In this document: positions 57,608 to 64,000 of the stretch, one piece after another
How the letters are laid out: each line of letters opens with the position of its first letter
How positions within the stretch are numbered: the stretch's first letter is position 1
Assembly (NCBI GenBank): GCA_030295235.1
Contig: AP026136.1
Span: 372,001-436,000, forward strand
DNA: 64,000 nt
Direction: 5' to 3'
Source of the DNA: Fistulifera solaris
Taxonomy: Eukaryota
Notes under the pieces: generated by a model
What the model saw: the letters and a program-made list of their open reading frames with translations, nothing else
The model's database searches: none
Told to the model about the DNA's origin: nothing
Program-made: the position numbers and the translations under genes

Positions 57608-58982
57608 ATGAAAATGAAACAAAATAAACCGGTTTCTTTGACAATTTTGGTGGTTAGTGGCGCTTTATCATTTCTCTCTGGGCCACACATTTATGCATTC
57701 CAACTGTCTCCTCGACTCTCGTGGACGTCGTCGGTGCGTCAAGAAAGGAAACTGTTTTCTTCCATTGGTGGAGACGGTAAACCACCCGAAAGTAGAGATG
57801 ATAATCCTTGGAGCGATTTTCTCGATCCGAACAAGGAGGAATCCGAGAATTTGAAGAAGGCCCGTGAATTTCTCAGCGAAAACAGTCTACCGATTTCCTA
57901 TGAAAAGATGGAGGACGATTCTAATAGCAGCAAGGATGGTAGTAGCAGCGACGTGCAGCCACCGCAACCAACAGACGACGAGGAGCTATCGGGAGGGCTT
58001 TCGCTTTTGCGCGGTCAAGGGGAACTCCTTCCGGGGACTCCGTCGCAAAAACAATTAGAAAATAACCCGTACATGGCTGTGGTAACAAACTTGTCTCCGT
58101 CGGAGCTTATATCCAAATTCACCTCCACAACTCCTCCTCGAGTTCAAAATGCGGTCAAGTCTACAATTTTAGGGCTCATTGGAGGTCTTCCGAAAATGGC
58201 ATTTGATACGACGACCATCACGTCAGGTCAGCGTCTCGCTTCACTCATGTTCCAGTTGCAGGTAGGTACCCTTTTATATTTTTATGTCAATTCGAATGAA
58301 TTCTACCCATTGCTCATCGCTTTTGTAGATGACTGGCTACATGTTTAAGAACGCGGAGTACAAACTGAGTTTATCGCAGGCTATTGATGATGGCGATAAG
58401 GGTAAGTTTCTTCTGAACGGAATCGAAAACGATAATGAAGAAGCAAGTCCTCTACAAGGCAAAGTTCGTGGAAAGTTGCGCGTGAAATACGTTAGGAAGG
58501 AGAATTTAGAAGCTAGTGTGGTAGACGATAGCACGGGAGGGATAGAAGTTGACGCCGAGGCCTACATGTCCGAGTTGCGATCGGAAGTGGAAAGGCTTCG
58601 AGATGAGCTGACGATCGCTCGAAAAACAAAAGAGGAGACGATTCGGAAAGATTTGCTTTTATACATTCGGACGCTTCCGGAGAAAGAGCTTCGATCGCTA
58701 ACAAGTACCATGAGTGAAGATGTTCTCATTGCGATGAAGGGGTTGGTGAATGCTGTTTTGTCCGGAATAGGCGATGGTCAAATAGGCCCGACGACAATCA
58801 CTGAACAGTCCGGTGAAGCCATGGCGCAGCTTTGTTTGTGGCAGCTGGCGATTGGTTACAACCTTCGTTCCCTAGAAGTTAGAGAAGAAATGAAAAAGTC
58901 TTTGGCTGGGCTTCCAGCTAAGAAGGTCAATGATCTGGAAGAAGAAGGTGGCATTATCGATGAACCTGGATCGCTGCAGTAA
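57608..58982 (+). CDS. DUF760-family plastid protein; two exons
   Basis: IYAF presequence. VKSTILGLIGGLP, LASLMFQLQ/MTGYMFKNAEY, DLLLYIRTL and GYNLRSLEVREE. Intron 58262-58328. Confidence 0.85.
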
Positions 58983-59503
58983 ATCAGGCTTTATTGTTGC
59001 ACAACTAATTTTCTTGTGTTATTCAATTGCGCATTAGGATATCAAGCCGTCACGACAGTGACGTCACATTGTTTAGTTGAATGCCGGTAGGTCATCAAAT
59101 CAGTGTGGTCCTTTTGGTAGGTGGTGTGAGCTAGTGGTTGCGAATGGATTTCATCGCAACGCAGCGCGGCATGCAGTTGCTGCAATTGTTGGCGTTTTAC
59201 CTGATCTGTGATTAATAGCTTTTGAATTGTAAGTCTCTTTTGTTCTGTCGCTGTTATGCGCCTCATGGGTCCCTCTAGCTTGTTAGGAGGAAAACGGAAT
59301 CCAGGATCACGAAAATCATGTGATTGACCTGTGTATTGCTCCTCTCCTCCGTGGTATCCCCTTTTCATGATTCTGCGCTGCAGATGAACACAATAAAACT
59401 GTTATACTTACGCACAGTACTACTTTGGACTTGTTGGACTTGGGATAAACGACTTAGATATTGCTCTTACACATTCATCTTCCGCGCTCCAGATTGCGTT
59501 ATT

Positions 59504-59951
59504 ATGTTTTCTTCAGTCCGCCTTGCTGCATCACGCCTAGCTGTTCGCGCATCAACAAAGACAGCTTTGTCGGGTCTTCGCGCACAGCCTCAAGTAACCG
59601 TTTATGCAATTCGACACTTTTCGGCTCCTCCGGTGAGTTTAAGAGCACTCAATTTGGCTTTGACTGATGCGTATCCTAACACTGGGTATTTCAAAGGCTT
59701 TTCTTGATGCTAAAGAAGTAACTGACCGCATTATCACGGTTGTGAAGAACTTTGATCAAGTTGATCCTTCCAAAGTCACCCCAGATGTTTCTTTTGCAAA
59801 AGATTTAGGTCTTGACAGTCTCGATATTGTTGAGGTCGTTATGGCAATTGAGGATGAATTCGCAATTGAAATTCCTGATCAAGAAGCGGATAAAATCACC
59901 ACTATTGCCCAGGCCATTGATTACATTTCTTCGCATCCCATGGCCAAGTAA
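59504..59951 (+). CDS. Mitochondrial acyl carrier protein (NDUFAB1-like)
   Basis: Arg/Ser-rich presequence ending RHFS, then [26 protein letters not shown] and HPMAK. Intron 59633-59696. Confidence 0.93.
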
Positions 59952-60054
59952 ATGATCATCCTCGTAGATAAGCAACGTGGCGAGCCGCGAGACTATCACA
60001 TGTAAAAGATCAAAAGTACTTTCTAATTTACGTCTTTACGTCTTTCATTGCTGT

Positions 60055-61518
60055 CTAGGACCACGTGCTGGATCGTCTTGACGGCCCGGCAGAGTACAGT
60101 AAGTTGTCGGCCAACTTGAACATTGTGAATACACCGCCCACCGTAGCCATCAGCCGAATCAGGAGATGCGTCAAGGGCACTTTATTCTTTCTAATCTGTA
60201 CCTCGAAAGGATAGATTTCGTAAATGAAGAAAACACCCGGCAACACTGCATTGCGGACGTCATGGTTGCTTGTTTTGGCCTTGTGAGCATGCCCCGCCTG
60301 AACTGCAACAGTTCGTTTCCCATCTTCGTCCGTCTCGTCTTCATCTTCGTAATCGTCCTCCGCAATATATTCTTTCATTAGCGGTCGAAAACGCTCAGTG
60401 AAGAAATAGCCGTTAGTCGCTATTCTCACTCCTGAGTCTGTGATGTAAGATGTAGGAACGACTTTTATGAAATATTGGAAAAGTCCAGTAGTACCATGTT
60501 GGCGGGTGACGATCTTGCTAACACCATTCAATGTTTTTTGCGGTTCCTCTCCAAAACCGACTTTTGTACCGCTAGCACCAAAACTCAGGTCATGGATGAT
60601 ATGGGATGCATTGAAATTGGGCGTATCTTCGGGGTTAAAGGTATGGATATGCTTGCCGTCTCTTTCGATGCCTTCTCCCATAGCAATGTGAAAGTTACCC
60701 GCAACGCGATTGACTTCCAGATATCCTGACAGATTACATCCCTCGCCTCGTTTCATCCTTTTCGGCTCTTTCTTATCTCGGCCCTCACGCATACACTGCT
60801 CCGACGTATATTGCACAATATCAGTTCTCCATTTCTTGGCAATGTAGGCATCCAGCAATTCGTCGCATGTGTTGCAGCATTGATTTTCATCATCATTGGC
60901 CCCGTAGCATGGACCGCAATAGTTTTCGGGAAGCTTCTCTTTCAAAAGTCTCAGCTTCTCTTCTTGTCGCTGCTGGTTAGCGTTGGCTTCGGCCTTGAGT
61001 ACGTCACTACCTATGGGTCTTCCCGATCGAGATAGTCTCTTTTTGACCAACGTATCGAAAATATCCAACTGCGAGTCACCCGCAACATCCATGACATCCA
61101 CATGAAGGTCTTCGCAAGCGAGATTGGGGAAAGTTATGTTCATATTCACTCTCATTTTCCGTCCCAAGCTTGTGTCAATCGCTATTTGCTCGAGCGTTTG
61201 AGCATTTTGGTGCATCCAGCTGATTGTTTCTGCCAAAGACAGGATAGCTATAAAGACGTAGGCAATTAGAGAAAAATATCCGCCGCCATCGGTCTTTACT
61301 CTGTATTCTTGATCAACTTTGGGGAACATAAAATCAAGTCGTTTGACGACGTTCGCCTTTGTGGATCGGTCACCCTCTCCAAACGTCATTCTTTTCTTTG
61401 GTGACGAAACCGAGGGTTCATTTGTATTCAAATTTCGTCGTCGCAGATCCATTCCCGAAGTATCCGCCCCTGCATATCCTCCGTACTGCGAAGTTGCGTA
61501 ACTAGTAGCACTCGACAT
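60055..61518 (-). CDS. ERGIC3/Erv46-family COPII vesicle cargo receptor
   Basis: MNITFPNLAC, YCGPCYGA..QCCNTC, EGCNLSG.LEVNRVAGNFH, FQYFIKVVPT and LPGVFFIYEI. Two TM helices. Confidence 0.92.
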   Translation of the reverse strand: MSSATSYATSQYGGYAGADTSGMDLRRRNLNTNEPSVSSPKKRMTFGEGDRSTKANVVKRLDFMFPKVDQEYRVKTDGGGYFSLIAYVFIAILSLAETISWMHQNAQTLEQIAIDTSLGRKMRVNMNITFPNLACEDLHVDVMDVAGDSQLDIFDTLVKKRLSRSGRPIGSDVLKAEANANQQRQEEKLRLLKEKLPENYCGPCYGANDDENQCCNTCDELLDAYIAKKWRTDIVQYTSEQCMREGRDKKEPKRMKRGEGCNLSGYLEVNRVAGNFHIAMGEGIERDGKHIHTFNPEDTPNFNASHIIHDLSFGASGTKVGFGEEPQKTLNGVSKIVTRQHGTTGLFQYFIKVVPTSYITDSGVRIATNGYFFTERFRPLMKEYIAEDDYEDEDETDEDGKRTVAVQAGHAHKAKTSNHDVRNAVLPGVFFIYEIYPFEVQIRKNKVPLTHLLIRLMATVGGVFTMFKLADNLLYSAGPSRRSSTWS

Positions 61519-62186
61519 AACCGTTTTTCTTTAAGCGCTGAACGTTTTTGTGACGATAAATCCACGATCTTGCGTCGCCCCACCTGATCGCTGCGAGATA
61601 AAATATCTCTCTTATCTATGCCTTTTCAATGAGACTGTTCAGATCAAAAATTTGATAATGAAGGTCATCAACTAGCTCAATAAGCTCTCGCAATACGACC
61701 ACCAAAAACAGGCGAGTTCGCGGCCTTATTTTTCGAGAAAGGTCCAACGACCGATTTTCATGCTTAGAGATAAGGATCATCATTTCTTCATTCGTGAAGC
61801 CTCGTGACTCATTACTCGTGACCTATCTGGTGCGTAGGTAGAGTTGCCTACAGTATACATAATCAATCACAGTACTCCTTGGATGGTCATTCATTATTTA
61901 AAAAAAGAAATGCCGAATGTCACGATTTTGATTCTACTTACAATATGCATTTATTCAAGTATATATGATATACCACGCCGGGCAAACCGATTGATAGGTT
62001 AGCAGCGTACGTGAGGCAAGAATGCATAAGCACCTTCACAAAATTTCTACAAATTATTACAAGACCTCATAAACAAAGGGTATCACACATTAATTGTCTT
62101 TCTTGTCATCTTCCTCGTAGCTTACAAATAACGGTACACTGTCTTCCAATTGAAACGCTTTCCGACTCGAGTTTCGCACCACAACA

Positions 62187-62723
62187 ATGTTCCGCCCTCA
62201 CAAGACACACGTGAGGCGAAGGATGGAAGACGTCGAATACTGGCGCAAACGCGCGGGTTGGTTTGATGATGATACCTCGATGCAGAGCTACAACAACGGT
62301 GTATACGATGCCTATTATCAAGCGGACGACGATGGATCGCACAAAAATAGGAACGCCCACAATGCAAAGAAGGCCGCAAAAGCTGCGAGAGCCGAGAAGA
62401 TGAAGAAGGCTGTCAAAGTATTGACCGTATTGATTTCGGTCGTTCTCATACTTTTCATGTTCAGGCTGATTTGTCGGCGAATGGCAGATGCTACAAAAGA
62501 CAAAAAGAAAAAAACTGATAGCAAATCTACGGATGGCAGTAAGCCACGAAGCAGAAGTCGTTCGCGCTCGAGGAAAGGAGAATATGATCTATTGCAAGAC
62601 GACAAAAGTGAGTCGCGAGGTAAGCGGAGCAGAAGCAAGAGTCGAACAAAAACTAGAAGCCGTAGTAGAACACGGACGCGTTCGACCTCTCGGTCTCGTA
62701 AAGAGAAACCTATCGTAGTATGA
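62187..62723 (+). CDS. Hypothetical single-pass membrane protein with RS-repeat basic tail
   Basis: Acidic Tyr-rich N-terminal part, TM VLTVLISVVLILFMFRLIC and RSRSRSR/RSKSRTKTRSRSR repeats. Confidence 0.65.
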   Translation: MFRPHKTHVRRRMEDVEYWRKRAGWFDDDTSMQSYNNGVYDAYYQADDDGSHKNRNAHNAKKAAKAARAEKMKKAVKVLTVLISVVLILFMFRLICRRMADATKDKKKKTDSKSTDGSKPRSRSRSRSRKGEYDLLQDDKSESRGKRSRSKSRTKTRSRSRTRTRSTSRSRKEKPIVV

Positions 62724-62928
62724 TCAAACGAAAACCAAGCGAATCCCCTCAACAATCATCAGATCCATGCAACGACTCAATTTCAACTCTATTCACATTC
62801 ATTATAAATGATTACTTAGGCCTGTGTTGCTATTGAGCTATCGCTAAGCTGTGAATCTTTCGAGGGTTACAGCAAGACGAAAACTAGTAAGGAAATATTC
62901 GTATTACACTTAAATGTTCGATTATGGT

Positions 62929-64000
62929 TTACGCTTTAACTTGGTGATAAGCCCAATTGAGCCAAGGCATTAAGGCTTCCACATCTGCTTGCTCAACGGT
63001 AGAACCACACCAGATACGAATAGAAGGTGGCGCGTCACGGTAACCTCCGATGTCCAACGCCACTCCCTCTTTCTCGAGAAGTGAAACAAACGCTTTGATT
63101 TGTTCAGCGGTGAGATCGAGAGTACAGCACACCGAAGTAGACGAGCGGATAGCGGGGTCCTTTGCGAGGAAATCAATCCAATCGTTTTCCGCGACAAACT
63201 TTTCAATCACGGCAAGATTGTTCAAACTGAGCTTCTTCAATCCAGGCACGCCACCGATGGAGTCAGCCCACTGCAGGGCGTCGATGTAATCTTCAACAGC
63301 CAACATACTAGGGGTGTTGATAGTAGAGCCTTTGAAAATGGAGGTGTCAACCTTTCCTTTCTTCGTCATACGGAAAATCTTGGGAAGAGGACGGTTTTCG
63401 GGAACATATGTTTCCAAACGTTCGACGGCGCGCGGGCTGAGAATGAGCACACCATGGCCACCTTCTCCACCAAGGACCTTTTGCCAAGAATACGTAGTGA
63501 CATCGAGTTTCTCCCAAGGCATATCCATCGCAAAGCAAGCTGACGTTGCGTCACAGAGGGTCAAACCCGTACGGTCGTCAGAGATAAAGTCACATCCGTC
63601 AGGAACTCGAACGCCCGAAGTTGTTCCGTTGAAAGTAAAGCAAATATCATGGTCGGGGTTTGTCTTAGAAAGATCAGGGAGCTCACCATAGTCAGCCGAG
63701 AACTCGTTGACTTCTACCAAGTCTTTCAGCTTCAAATGAGAGACGGCATCCCCGTACCATCCCTTGCCAAAAGATTCCCAGTAGCAAATATCCACATTTC
63801 GAGCTCCTAGCATGTTCCACATTGCCATTTCGTAAGCGCCAGTGTCAGAGGCAGGTACGATTCCGAGCAGGTAGTCATCAGGGAGACCCAAGATGCGCTT
63901 TGACTCGTCAATAGCCAGTGCGAGACGCTCTTTCCCGATTTTTGAGCGATGACTTCGACCCAGGATTCGTTTATCGAGAGCATCGACGTTGTAACCGGGT
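62929..64000 (-). CDS. serC: Phosphoserine aminotransferase (Methanosarcina/alphaproteobacterial type); 5' end outside the window
   Basis: [48 protein letters not shown] (PLP Lys), TINTPS and YRDAPP..RIWCG. Confidence 0.93.
   Translation of the reverse strand, partial: PGYNVDALDKRILGRSHRSKIGKERLALAIDESKRILGLPDDYLLGIVPASDTGAYEMAMWNMLGARNVDICYWESFGKGWYGDAVSHLKLKDLVEVNEFSADYGELPDLSKTNPDHDICFTFNGTTSGVRVPDGCDFISDDRTGLTLCDATSACFAMDMPWEKLDVTTYSWQKVLGGEGGHGVLILSPRAVERLETYVPENRPLPKIFRMTKKGKVDTSIFKGSTINTPSMLAVEDYIDALQWADSIGGVPGLKKLSLNNLAVIEKFVAENDWIDFLAKDPAIRSSTSVCCTLDLTAEQIKAFVSLLEKEGVALDIGGYRDAPPSIRIWCGSTVEQADVEALMPWLNWAYHQVKA

Noticed and set aside
1..64000. Transposons, CRISPR arrays, rRNA or prokaryotic operons
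   Set aside because: There are no transposase, RT or integrase motifs, no spaced repeats and no rRNA-like sequence. The bacterial-like genes sit among intron-containing eukaryotic genes, so contamination is unlikely.

Overview
This is gene-dense eukaryotic nuclear DNA, almost certainly from a diatom. It has short GT-AG introns and many bipartite plastid presequences with the ASAF-type cleavage motif. I can support about 37 protein genes and one true pseudogene (petC). I found no rRNA, tRNA, CRISPR array or transposon. Many genes are split by single-base indels, mostly in homopolymer runs, which look like uncorrected long-read errors, so the ORF track fragments them. Main points: (1) a spliced gene at 49044-49562 whose product aligns across the whole fold of animal barrier-to-autointegration factor (BAF); (2) a carbon-metabolism cluster at 39.3-46.7 kb (class I aldolase, two divergent plastid FBPases, plastid SBPase); (3) the two FBPases share a perfect 180-bp inverted repeat around their shared promoter and presequences, suggesting gene conversion or an invertible switch; (4) the SBPase lacks the plant redox Cys pair but has a CX4C insertion elsewhere; (5) a serine acetyltransferase-like protein lacks the catalytic His; (6) a head-to-head pair (rpl17 plus an unknown basic plastid protein) has mirror-image 52-nt signal-peptide exons; (7) an ankyrin kinase has a frameshift-hidden CCVIL prenylation tail. 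All family calls come from motif recognition, not database searches.
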